Assembly (NCBI GenBank): GCA_045863295.1
Contig: BTWA01000004.1
Location: 96,001-160,000 of the forward strand
DNA from: Candidatus Hydrogenedentota bacterium
GTDB taxonomy: Bacteria > Hydrogenedentota > Hydrogenedentia > Hydrogenedentales > SLHB01
Direction of reading: 5' to 3'
Length of the DNA stretch: 64,000 nucleotides
Both the position numbers and the translations under genes were made by a program. The number at the start of each line of letters is the position of its first letter. The stretch's first letter is position 1. The notes under the pieces are model-generated. The model worked only from the letters and a program-made list of their open reading frames with translations, was not told where the DNA came from and ran no database searches. Shown piece after piece: positions 10,336 through 19,578 of this stretch.

Positions 10336-11317
10336 TTTTGCGCCTCAGCCGCCGTTTCAAAACGGTCGAATCGATTCGGTTCATGCGGCCACACACCACA
10401 AGCTTCAAATTATGCGTCTCCGAAGCAAGCACGCGCAGATACGCGAATACCCGCTCCGGACCGGCGACCTGACCATAGCCTTTCGTGGCAATATTGATCA
10501 GATAGTTCATTATCAAATCTTCAAAACGCTGCACTTCCTCGCCATCCGTCACGGCATTCGCCTGGCGATACACCTCGCCGACCTTTCCGGTTAAAACGTC
10601 GCCCCAACCCTTGGGGTCGCCGGCATCGGCCAGCACCTGTGCCATGGCGGAAACCGATCCGAGCGGAAGGGCGTGTTGCACATAGTGCTGCACATCCCGG
10701 CCCGCGCGATATTCCCGCCACATCGCGAGCACTACACGGGAAAGCACATACGCCTCCGTATAATCGTGAATCAGTGAAACGTTCAAGGCGGCCGCGAACG
10801 CCTGCAAATGACGAAGGTATGCCCCGTCAAGAATCGCGTCTACACACGCCTGGTTGCGCGTCGATTCCAGCGACCGCAATGCGCGCGAGGCCGACTCTTT
10901 GAAAGGAGATGGCAAGGCGGAAATGTCGCCGTTCGCTACCGGCACAAGTTGCTCGGCGGTCAAATACAACGGGGGAAACGGCAACTCGCGGTTGCCAAGG
11001 AGCGCCGTCTTGAGATTCTGGTAGTCGTCGCGAATCAAAAAAATGTCGGCCACTTCCGGCTTGGGGCAGTCTTGCCGAATCGACAACACGTGCTGGTGAA
11101 AATACCGGTCGATTACCGCGCTCCAGTCTTCCCAGTCCGCACCGGGAGTAAGAAAGTCCCGCAACGGCGTGTCGTTCAATTGACGCAATATGTCTTCGAT
11201 CTGCACAAGGGACGCGATAGAGAGAAAGAAATCCTCGCTCAGCAGACGCCCCTCGCACGCGCTCGCCCGGCCGCAAACGAATCCCCAACTGCTGCCATGT
11301 GTGGTTGTGGTGGACAA
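10328..11317 (-). CDS. ntpC: V/A-type ATPase subunit C (AC39/d family)
   Basis: Size, operon position, C-terminal GPERVFAY..E..NLKLV motif. Confidence 0.85.
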   Translation of the reverse strand: MSTTTTHGSSWGFVCGRASACEGRLLSEDFFLSIASLVQIEDILRQLNDTPLRDFLTPGADWEDWSAVIDRYFHQHVLSIRQDCPKPEVADIFLIRDDYQNLKTALLGNRELPFPPLYLTAEQLVPVANGDISALPSPFKESASRALRSLESTRNQACVDAILDGAYLRHLQAFAAALNVSLIHDYTEAYVLSRVVLAMWREYRAGRDVQHYVQHALPLGSVSAMAQVLADAGDPKGWGDVLTGKVGEVYRQANAVTDGEEVQRFEDLIMNYLINIATKGYGQVAGPERVFAYLRVLASETHNLKLVVCGRMNRIDSTVLKRRLRRKNG

Positions 11318-11341
11318 ATCCAGTTCAATCCGTTTTCTTGA

Positions 11342-11941
11342 TCACACCGTCGCGCCCGAAAACAACTTCGCGGCAATACCCGGCGACAACTCCCGCTCGA
11401 TCTCGTCGAGCACCGTGTCCAACGTGCGATCCACTTCAAATCGATCGGCTACAAAGACAAATCCGCCACGTATTGGCAGCGGCTCACTCTCGTCCAGCGC
11501 TAATTGTGCGTTTGCCGGCCGTCCCGAGTTCACTGCCGACATCACGCGGGCAAATACATTCTTGTCATCGGGATGAATGCGCACTCGGCCGCCTAGCGAT
11601 CCTGCAACTCGCGTCAAGTCCTGTTGCATCACCAGGGCGTATTGCTCCGCCGGCCAACCAAGCACGGTTTGGCGTGCAATGCCAAACACCCGCTTCAATA
11701 CCGCGTTGCGATCTTCGAGCAACGTCTTGCTCGCAAGTCCCTTGGCCTGAAGCAATCGCCGCGCGATTTCCTCGTCGATAGCCCGAACCCCCGCCTGATA
11801 ACGCCGTTCGCCATCGCGCACGGCGGATTCGCGCTCCGCCTCCACACGCTGGCGCGCGGATTCGCGCGCCTCCGAAAGGATGCGCTCCGCCTCCTGAGCG
11901 GCGGTAGACAGCACGGATTGTTCAATCTTCTCTAGCGCCAC
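11342..11941 (-). CDS. ntpE: V/A-type ATPase subunit E
   Basis: Coiled-coil N-terminus, IRGGFVF..VDRTLD C-terminal motif, position. Confidence 0.88.
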   Translation of the reverse strand: MALEKIEQSVLSTAAQEAERILSEARESARQRVEAERESAVRDGERRYQAGVRAIDEEIARRLLQAKGLASKTLLEDRNAVLKRVFGIARQTVLGWPAEQYALVMQQDLTRVAGSLGGRVRIHPDDKNVFARVMSAVNSGRPANAQLALDESEPLPIRGGFVFVADRFEVDRTLDTVLDEIERELSPGIAAKLFSGATV

Positions 11942-11957
11942 AGTGGGCTACCCCTCG

Positions 11958-12515
11958 CTATTGGGCCGCCACGGGCGCGGCCGGAAGGAATTCCAGAACG
12001 TTCGACGGCGCTTCCGCGGTGCCGCCGTTAGTAAGCCAAAGGATGAAAAGAATCGCGGCAAGAAGGCCAACGACGGCGTACGTTTCCACCAGAGCCGGAA
12101 ACAGAATCGCGCGCCCTGCGGCCTCTTCGCGACGCGCCACAAGAGCAATACCCGCGGCGGATGCTTGCCCTTGATAAATGGCACTGACCAACTGCGCCAG
12201 ACCTGCGCCAAAACCCACAAACAACAACGCGATGCCGGTGCCGGGGGAAATGCGAATGGCCCCGCCGACCAGTCCCGTCTGAAGCGCCATCATGAACGCA
12301 ATAATGAACCCGTAAAATCCTTGCGTGCCGGGTAGCGCCACCATGACCAACAGCCGGCCAAACAAATCGGGCTTCTCGCTCAGCACGCCCGCGGCCTGCT
12401 GCGCCGCAATCGCGATGCCGCGCGCCGATCCGCAGCCGCCCAGGCCAAAGGCAAGCGCCGCGCCCGCATAGGCGCAACCACGGCCAAACTCAATCCACAT
12501 CGTGCTCCCGTCCAT
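11958..12515 (-). CDS. ntpK: V/A-type ATPase rotor subunit K (four-TM, Na+-type)
   Basis: LPGTQGFYG, YQG and VETY motifs as in E. hirae NtpK; alternative starts at 12560/12566. Confidence 0.92.
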   Translation of the reverse strand: MDGSTMWIEFGRGCAYAGAALAFGLGGCGSARGIAIAAQQAAGVLSEKPDLFGRLLVMVALPGTQGFYGFIIAFMMALQTGLVGGAIRISPGTGIALLFVGFGAGLAQLVSAIYQGQASAAGIALVARREEAAGRAILFPALVETYAVVGLLAAILFILWLTNGGTAEAPSNVLEFLPAAPVAAQ

Positions 12516-12633
12516 AGATGTGCGTCCTTCATCGGTACTCGGTTCAACGTCCTGCGCCATCACCACGTATGATCGGCGCGGCCGTTGGATTCCGGTGTTC
12601 TGTCAACCCCTGAAAATGGCCTCGTTCGTTCTG

Positions 12634-14712
12634 TCAGTTCGCAGGCCGCTTCAACACATACGACGGAGAATCAAAACCGAACGGTGAAAACGGCTTGGCC
12701 CCGCCATCGTAAAAACGGCCGAAAAACTCTACAAAGATAAGCCGCATGGCATGTACAAACGCGCCAAGCAGGCTAATCGCGAAATTGAATACATGCCCAA
12801 ATACAAGCACAACGACAAACAACACCGGTCCTACCGCCGGAATGTCGCGCACCAAATCCGCAATCATGTTGACAGTTAGCGCCACGATGGACGTGGTCAG
12901 CGCCAAGGCCAGCAAACGGCAATAGGAAAGAACGTCGCCAATAAAGGCTGTGCACCCGTAACTGCCCACAATGCCATATAGACTGACGACCCCCGTGCCA
13001 ATCTTTCCTGCCACGCCAGGCACATCACGCCCCTGTGTCAACACCAATCCAACCGCCCCAACCGCAAACAGAAGCAGTCCCGTGTTGAACAGCGCGGGAG
13101 GCAGGGTCGTGAACATCGTGCTCACGATAATGATCATGCCCGGAAGCGCTATCAGCCACAACAGCCCATCGCATATCGCCGTGGTCCAATCGTTGTTCTT
13201 GGCCGCCCCGTACATCTTGAGCCCAATGCCGTAAAATTGATTGACGACACCGATAGTAAGTGCCACCAGCAGCATGCCGACCGGGTTTTTTAACGGATCC
13301 AGCACCATCGTGCTCTCTTTGATCGTCAGCAGAAAATTGCCTTCACCAAGATATTTGGGATCGTAGATGTCGCCCAGCATCGATCCGAGCAAAAATCCAA
13401 AAATCGTTGTGCTTATGCCCCCCAGGAACAACAACCGGGCAAATCCGTTCACGCCCTCGTATGCGCGCGTCTTGTACGCAAGATAACCGCCCAGCGTCGT
13501 TAACATGAGCCCATAGCCGACATCGCCAAAACAAATTCCAAAGAAAATAAGGAATGTAAAAATGATAAACGGTGATGGATCGAACGCCGTGTACGAAGGC
13601 AAGCCAAACAAATTCACCAGCATGCGGACGGGACGGACCAGCGGCGGCAGCGTAATGCTCACCGGCACATGGTCCGACGGCCCCGGACGATCCACAATTA
13701 ACTCGCATTCCGGCAACTGGGATTGAAGCCCCGCCTGCAACCGCGGCAGATCCCGCTCCCGGATATAACCGCTGACAACGCGTACCCAGCGGCCTTCCGC
13801 CGCCAAAGAAGCGCCTTGAAGTTGTTTCCGGCGGTCTTGCCAATACGCTTGCAGGATCTGCAGGTTGCGCCGATGCTCAACGAGACCAAGTATCCCCGTG
13901 CGCGCCGCCGAAATCTGCTCTTCGCTTTCCGCCAAATCGCCGGTCAACTCGCGAATACGATCGCGGACCGTGCCATGAATGTCCGGAAGGGCAATCTCTT
14001 TAAACTGCTCCGCCGCCAACGCCCGCCGCACGGCATCCTCGTTTTCCACAAGGCAGGCCACGACAATCTGTGTGCGTTCGCCTTTCGTGGCCATCTCCCG
14101 CGCCCGTTCGCCGCCATTTGCCGGCAAGTCTTTTCGAAGGGCCGGGCCCGGAGCAACTATCTCCCACGCCAGAATATCGCCCACGCCCTCACGCGTGCAC
14201 AGCGTCGGCAAGGTTCGCGTGGGGACGGATCCAAATAACAGGCGGGTGTGTACGGGCTTCCGAAGATCGGAAACACTAAAGGACACATCTTCAAACACGG
14301 CCAACGACTCTATCTGCGCATGTATCTCGTTCTTACGCCGTTGCGCCCCCTTATTCTCTTCGTCCAGAGCGCGTGCCTTTTCGAAAAGCGGCTCCACGTC
14401 GAACCGGTTTCGGACATGCTCCAACTCCGCCGGTTCTATGATGAGCGGAAGTGGCGTAAGCCCCTCGAAAAAGGATTTGTTTTCAGGCGAGAACTCGTTG
14501 ATAAGGCTAAGAATCAGGCCTATCTTGTTGATTTGCACGTCGCTGTCTGCGGCGGATTTCTCCTTCTTCTGCAAAGGCGTCTCGTCGGCCCCTACGGTCG
14601 AAGACGCATCCACCAATTCCACCACGCCCAAATCGTGAATCGCTTCATTTAGCGCGTCGGCCAAATGAACAGGGCAGAGAACGGTGACCTTTTTCATCGG
14701 ATCAATGGCCAT
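12634..14712 (-). CDS. ntpI: V/A-type ATPase subunit I (a)
   Basis: FGDVGYG, DVLSYCRLLAL and HAMRLIFVEFFGRFY motifs. Confidence 0.95.
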   Translation of the reverse strand: MAIDPMKKVTVLCPVHLADALNEAIHDLGVVELVDASSTVGADETPLQKKEKSAADSDVQINKIGLILSLINEFSPENKSFFEGLTPLPLIIEPAELEHVRNRFDVEPLFEKARALDEENKGAQRRKNEIHAQIESLAVFEDVSFSVSDLRKPVHTRLLFGSVPTRTLPTLCTREGVGDILAWEIVAPGPALRKDLPANGGERAREMATKGERTQIVVACLVENEDAVRRALAAEQFKEIALPDIHGTVRDRIRELTGDLAESEEQISAARTGILGLVEHRRNLQILQAYWQDRRKQLQGASLAAEGRWVRVVSGYIRERDLPRLQAGLQSQLPECELIVDRPGPSDHVPVSITLPPLVRPVRMLVNLFGLPSYTAFDPSPFIIFTFLIFFGICFGDVGYGLMLTTLGGYLAYKTRAYEGVNGFARLLFLGGISTTIFGFLLGSMLGDIYDPKYLGEGNFLLTIKESTMVLDPLKNPVGMLLVALTIGVVNQFYGIGLKMYGAAKNNDWTTAICDGLLWLIALPGMIIIVSTMFTTLPPALFNTGLLLFAVGAVGLVLTQGRDVPGVAGKIGTGVVSLYGIVGSYGCTAFIGDVLSYCRLLALALTTSIVALTVNMIADLVRDIPAVGPVLFVVVLVFGHVFNFAISLLGAFVHAMRLIFVEFFGRFYDGGAKPFSPFGFDSPSYVLKRPAN

Positions 14713-14723
14713 AATGCCCTGTG

Positions 14724-15035
14724 CTAGGCCTCCTGATACCGGGTTACGACGCTCTCCGCAAAGGGACGCAATTCCGTATCGGAAATTCGCTCCAGCAATT
14801 GAGTCGCTTGCCGGAATTCCGCGTCCTGTTGCGCCTTCGCGACGGAATACTGCTCTTCCGCCCGCGCCTTGTAGGCCGCGACCTTCTGTTCTATGTCCAA
14901 GGCAATCTGCTGCCGTTCGCGGGCGGCGTCCTGCTCAGCCTTCGCAGCGAGGGTCTTGGCCTCGGCGTGTGCGGCCTGCACCACGGATGCGGCTCGGTTT
15001 TCAATCGTGAGAATACTCTCAATTAACGACGGCAT
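14724..15035 (-). CDS. ntpF: V/A-type ATPase peripheral stalk subunit G/H
   Basis: About 100-aa Ala/Glu-rich coiled coil, first gene of the operon. Confidence 0.75.
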   Translation of the reverse strand: MPSLIESILTIENRAASVVQAAHAEAKTLAAKAEQDAARERQQIALDIEQKVAAYKARAEEQYSVAKAQQDAEFRQATQLLERISDTELRPFAESVVTRYQEA

Positions 15036-15185
15036 CGTGTCCTCTTCGAAGTAAGTGTGCAATGGAACCGTACTGGAAAGCGGGCACCGTTGGAGACCGG
15101 CCAAACCCCTCGTAAGACCAGATCGACCCCCTCAATCGATCCGCCCAAACGTGGCTCATGGCTACGCGGGATCGATATCCCCTAA

Positions 15186-15214
15186 ATTAAACCAGAAATT
15201 CGCAACTGCGTCAA
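15186..15214 (-). promoter_or_regulatory. sigma70-type promoter for the V-ATPase operon
   Basis: TTGACG-17 nt-TTTAAT with extended TG. Confidence 0.6.
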
Positions 15215-15342
15215 GGTCGGAGGCAAGACGCTCCAAAAATCTAAGAATTCCCCTGTAATATCAACCAGTTTCGTCATTTGAACGACCCGACAAAGACCTG
15301 GAAATTCCCAAAAAAGTTGTGATCGGCTCCGCCCACCTTCCC

Positions 15343-15762
15343 CTAAGAATTCCTGGGGCGGCCTGAATGGGTTCTGGAATCGTTGGATTTCGGAACAATC
15401 GCCTGGGCTAACCCAAAAAGTACAAGCACCACATGGGTTATGAGTATCCCCACCACGGCCCCCAAAAGGCCGAACATCGCCTGTGTATCCATGAAGAACG
15501 ACACCATAAGTGCCAGCCCGTACAGCAGGATACGTATGAATGAGGACCGATAGACGTGGGCCGCGATAGCCTCTTTGGGCAGGGTCGGAAAACGAGTCAT
15601 TTGCCGCGCCATCAGCCATAACGCAATAGCCCCGGACAGCCCCCCTACGACAACCCCTTGGGCCGCTGTGGGCGAAATCGTCAAAGCCGCCACCGCAACA
15701 CCAACAGTGGCCAAAACAATCAACCCCAACGCGCGGATTTGAAACCGGCTTACGGCTTCCAT
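15343..15762 (-). CDS. uncI: ATP synthase protein I (UncI)-like four-TM membrane protein
   Basis: 139 aa, four hydrophobic segments, FIRILLYG motif, coupled behind an AtpZ-like gene. Confidence 0.7.
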   Translation of the reverse strand: MEAVSRFQIRALGLIVLATVGVAVAALTISPTAAQGVVVGGLSGAIALWLMARQMTRFPTLPKEAIAAHVYRSSFIRILLYGLALMVSFFMDTQAMFGLLGAVVGILITHVVLVLFGLAQAIVPKSNDSRTHSGRPRNS

Positions 15763-16007
15763 GTGATCTCCCGGCTCAATATGCGGTAGGCCCCAAACGC
15801 GCCTCCAGCCACTCCGAGAAACACGCAACCCATTAAGTAAAACCCGCCACCGCCAAACCGGCGCTCCAGAAAAATCCCAAGTAAAACTCCGCCCACACTG
15901 CCCGCCACCACGGTCATACCAACTTGATAAGCCAATGACAATGCCTTGGCCCACGGCAACGGGGGGCTTGTTCCCGCGACATTTGGTTTTGGTTCTTCAC
16001 TGGGCAT
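15750..16007 (-). CDS. atpZ: AtpZ/AtpI family (F0F1-associated) two-TM protein
   Basis: GMTVV..VGGVLLGIFLERRFG..LGVAGGAFGAYR pattern typical of the ATPase_gene1 family. Confidence 0.8.
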   Translation of the reverse strand: MPSEEPKPNVAGTSPPLPWAKALSLAYQVGMTVVAGSVGGVLLGIFLERRFGGGGFYLMGCVFLGVAGGAFGAYRILSREITWKP

Positions 16008-16181
16008 ACGCGTGTCCCGTCAGAACCAAGTCTACTGAACGGTTCATCGCGCATCAATGGAGGCGGCGCTCATACAAATCCCGGCCACGAATCAAAACGG
16101 GATTTGCTATGCTGTAACAACGGAATTAATGAAAACTGAGCCAAATTCATGACTACACGTCCAAAAAACGACTGCAGGAAC

Positions 16182-16637
16182 ATGACCTCTTCAAAAGACA
16201 CCCCGGAATTGCGCATCGCGACGCTCGAGGAAATTCTTGCACTGCGCGATCAGGTGCTCATTCGGGGTACCGACCGCACCTCACCGGAATTCGATGGCGA
16301 TCGCGATACCATGACCATTCACCTCGGTGCGTTCTGGAACGGCGCTGCTATTGGTTGCGCCAGCCTCTACCCGCGCCAATTCACCGGCGAAGATGCATGG
16401 CAACTGCGCGGAATGGCGACTGCCCCGGAATGGAGGAATCAGGGAATCGGCGGCGCGCTCTTACGGTTTGCAGAGAATCTGGTGTTGGCAAATCACCAGG
16501 CAAAGACGGTGTGGTGTAATGCGCGAACGTCCGCCGTCCAATTCTATGTTCGACATGGCTGGCTAACGGTATCCGATGTGTTCGAAATAAAAGGGGTCGG
16601 GCCACACATCGTAATGATTAAAAAGCTTATCGCGTGA
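16182..16637 (+). CDS. GNAT N-acetyltransferase (ElaA/YitI-like)
   Basis: QLRGMAT, RNQGIG and WCNARTSAVQFY motifs. Confidence 0.9.
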   Translation: MTSSKDTPELRIATLEEILALRDQVLIRGTDRTSPEFDGDRDTMTIHLGAFWNGAAIGCASLYPRQFTGEDAWQLRGMATAPEWRNQGIGGALLRFAENLVLANHQAKTVWCNARTSAVQFYVRHGWLTVSDVFEIKGVGPHIVMIKKLIA

Positions 16638-16649
16638 ACACCGCACGCA

Positions 16650-16976
16650 TCACGCAATATACAAAACGAGCGTCACGCAACTGACGATAACTGCGGGAAC
16701 GGCGATGCGAAGGTCTTCACGGCGCGCCAAACCCGCCACGCCCAGCGCCAATCCCGCGAACGCCGCCCCCACGGACACAAGTTGAAATACCTTGACCGGA
16801 TCGGCCTTCGGTTTGCCCTCCAACTCGGACATGATTTCACCGGCAACCGATTCGAATTTTTCCTGAAGTGTCTTCTGCTCGTCGCGAACTTGAATAACGT
16901 AACTCGGAAGAATGGCCAATCCCAGTCCCGTAAAGCCAAGCACGAGTGCAACGATACTCAATCCATTCTTGCCCAT
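16650..16976 (-). CDS. Small membrane protein
   Basis: Three hydrophobic segments; RBS AGGAGAGG. Confidence 0.7.
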   Translation of the reverse strand: MGKNGLSIVALVLGFTGLGLAILPSYVIQVRDEQKTLQEKFESVAGEIMSELEGKPKADPVKVFQLVSVGAAFAGLALGVAGLARREDLRIAVPAVIVSCVTLVLYIA

Positions 16977-16993
16977 GGACTCCTCTCCTTCGG

Positions 16994-17770
16994 CTACTGT
17001 GCGGTTCGATCCCAGACCGGACTGCGCTTTTCGTGAAACGCGGCCAATCCTTCGCGCGCTTCGGGATTATCACGCAACGCCTTGTGCTCGTCCATGGCCG
17101 CGGCCAAGTCTTCTTCAAGCGACCGTGACCAGAGCCCCGACAACAAACGCTTGCTCGCCGCGATCGCGCCAGGCGCGCCTTTGCAAACGGTGCCGGCAAT
17201 GCGAATGCACTCACTCATGGCCTCGCCCTTGGACGTTACCTTGCTTACAAGCCCCATCTCGAAGGCGCGCCGAGCACTCACGGCTTCCCCCAGAAGCAAC
17301 AACTCACGGGCGTGGCGATCAGCCACCTGACGCCGCAATAGACACAAGACCAATGCCGCGGGCAAACCCCTGCGCACCTCGGGATAACCAATGATGGCAT
17401 CCTCTTCCGCAACAACGAGGTCACACGCACTCATGAGACCCGCGCCACCCGCCAACGCCGCACCATGTACCGACGCAATCGTCACCTTGGAAGAGGTTGT
17501 TACGGCCATCAACAACCGCGCGACAAGGCCCGTAGCCGACTCCCGGGTATCGGCATCCTCGGATTCCTTTAAATCCAATCCCGCGCAAAACACAGGCCCC
17601 TCGCCCGCAAGTACAATCGCGCGCACGTCCGAGTCCTTCTCCACGTCCTCAAGCGCAAAACAAAGTGATTCCATCAATGCAAGGTTCAGCGCATTTCGCT
17701 TTTCCGGACGGTACAATCGAAGTTGGCAAACGCCATTCGGCTCGTACTTAATGATGATGGATCCACTCAT
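16994..17770 (-). CDS. Enoyl-CoA hydratase/isomerase (methylglutaconyl-CoA hydratase-like)
   Basis: RPEKRNAL, FCAGLDL, GGAGL, PEVRRG and EGLAAF motifs. Confidence 0.9.
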   Translation of the reverse strand: MSGSIIIKYEPNGVCQLRLYRPEKRNALNLALMESLCFALEDVEKDSDVRAIVLAGEGPVFCAGLDLKESEDADTRESATGLVARLLMAVTTSSKVTIASVHGAALAGGAGLMSACDLVVAEEDAIIGYPEVRRGLPAALVLCLLRRQVADRHARELLLLGEAVSARRAFEMGLVSKVTSKGEAMSECIRIAGTVCKGAPGAIAASKRLLSGLWSRSLEEDLAAAMDEHKALRDNPEAREGLAAFHEKRSPVWDRTAQ

Positions 17771-18135
17771 GGCGCGCCCCTCCCGCGACGCAAACACGCC
17801 TGCAAGCGCTCCGGCTCCATGGAAATCGGCATCTCCAGCAGGATCTGTCCAATCGCCTTGCCTTGCGCGTCTATGCGAAGCGATCGACTGCCCCCGCCCG
17901 CCAACACTCCCGCTATCAAAAAGTTGAACGCGCCCAAGTTGGGTAACTCAAACCGCTCCACCACCCCGCACCCCATCGGCTTGAAAAACTGCTCAACCAC
18001 GTGCCCCGGCAGATGCTCCACAAGAAAAGCATAACCCTCGGCTGTATACGCAATCACACCCACGTTTGCGCCGGATCCCTTGTCGCCACTGCGCGCATAC
18101 GCAATGTCGCCGAGTCGAAAAACTTGTTTCGCCAT
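17767..18135 (-). CDS. AtuA C-terminal-like small protein
   Basis: ARSGDKG and SLRIDAQGK motifs. Confidence 0.85.
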   Translation of the reverse strand: MAKQVFRLGDIAYARSGDKGSGANVGVIAYTAEGYAFLVEHLPGHVVEQFFKPMGCGVVERFELPNLGAFNFLIAGVLAGGGSRSLRIDAQGKAIGQILLEMPISMEPERLQACLRRGRGAP

Positions 18136-18139
18136 GGCC

Positions 18140-19489
18140 TTACGCATCCACAAGTCTCGCCGTTGCCGCAACGAGGGACTTGTCCACCAAACACGGCCAG
18201 TACCCAAATACGGGGCTTACTTTTGGACGCCCTCCCGCATATCCAGTCACTCCCTGCGGGCCGCTCGTCACCAAAGGCATCAATTCCTTTGAAAACCGCT
18301 CTACAGCTTCCTTGCGCGAGTCGGCCACGCTCAAGCGCAAAACTGTCTCCAGGCATTCCGCCTCAGCAAGCACCCCCGGCGCACAAGCGCCCGTACCCAG
18401 GCACTCAATGAGCGTGCGCTCCAGTTCGTAACCCGACCGGCGCAGACGCTCCAGCACAATCTCGCCGCAACGCTTCGCCTTGGCCGCGGCATCGCGGCCA
18501 AATACCGTCAACGTACCGCTCGCGCGCCATCCGTCTCGATACGTCGCGCTCACCTTATACGAATCCGTGGGGGCACGACCCTTGGCGCCGGAAACGTGAA
18601 TCCGATTGGGACCTGACTCCTCTAGCGCAAGTCCGAGTATCGATACCGTCGCATCCGGCGTCAGAAAATTGCCCGGATCTCCCATTTCATACAACAGTTG
18701 TTCCTTCACCGTCTCCAAGGTCACCGCCCCCCCGGTTCCCTCCGGCTTGGTCACCACAAACGCTCCGTCGCTTTCAACTTCAACCACGGGAAATCCAATG
18801 CCTGCAGGATCCGCCAATTCCAACCAGTGAGTGGAAATGCCTCCGGTCGCCTGCGCCCCGCATTCAAGTACATGCCCGGCGATGAGGGCTCCCGCCATCC
18901 GGTCGTAATCGCCAATGTCCCAGTGAAAATGGTGCATCGCACACGCGGCGGCAAGGCATGGATCTGCCGTGCGGCCGGTCACCACGATATCCGCGCCCAA
19001 CTGCAACGCATCCGCAATGGGCGATGACCCAATGTACGCATTGGCGGTTACAAGGCGCGGCAGAATTGTCTCCAACGGCTCCCCGGACTCCATATGTGCA
19101 AACGAATTCCAATCAGGATGCGACCGCAACAAATCCAATACGTCGTCGCCGAGCACCACACCCACACGCATGTGTGGCAACCCCGCCTCGCGCAAAACTG
19201 CCATGCATGCCTTGGCGCATGCAACCGGGTCGAGCCCGCCGCCATTGGAAATGACTCTGGTCTTGCATCCGGCTTGCCAATGCGGCGCCAGCGATTTCAC
19301 CACATCAACAAAGTCGCGCGCATATCCCAATTGAGGATTGCGCTCACGTTGCGAAGCCATGATCGACATGGACACTTCGGCAAGATAGTCCAGGGTGAGA
19401 TAGTCCAAATCAGGTTGGAGACGCAATAACTCGGAAGGCGCATCTACGCTGTCGCCCCAAAAACCTTGCCCATTTGCGATCCGAATCAT
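18140..19489 (-). CDS. atuA: Acyclic terpene utilisation AtuA family protein (DUF1446)
   Basis: GFWGD, DYLAE, GHVLECG and KEQLLYE motifs. Confidence 0.9.
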   Translation of the reverse strand: MIRIANGQGFWGDSVDAPSELLRLQPDLDYLTLDYLAEVSMSIMASQRERNPQLGYARDFVDVVKSLAPHWQAGCKTRVISNGGGLDPVACAKACMAVLREAGLPHMRVGVVLGDDVLDLLRSHPDWNSFAHMESGEPLETILPRLVTANAYIGSSPIADALQLGADIVVTGRTADPCLAAACAMHHFHWDIGDYDRMAGALIAGHVLECGAQATGGISTHWLELADPAGIGFPVVEVESDGAFVVTKPEGTGGAVTLETVKEQLLYEMGDPGNFLTPDATVSILGLALEESGPNRIHVSGAKGRAPTDSYKVSATYRDGWRASGTLTVFGRDAAAKAKRCGEIVLERLRRSGYELERTLIECLGTGACAPGVLAEAECLETVLRLSVADSRKEAVERFSKELMPLVTSGPQGVTGYAGGRPKVSPVFGYWPCLVDKSLVAATARLVDA

Positions 19490-19578
19490 GCGTGAGTGGC
19501 CCGCCCTGCCGGTTTATGGCTCTTTGACACAACCACTGTTATGGCATGGACGCGCGATAAACCGCAAAGCAACAGCCG

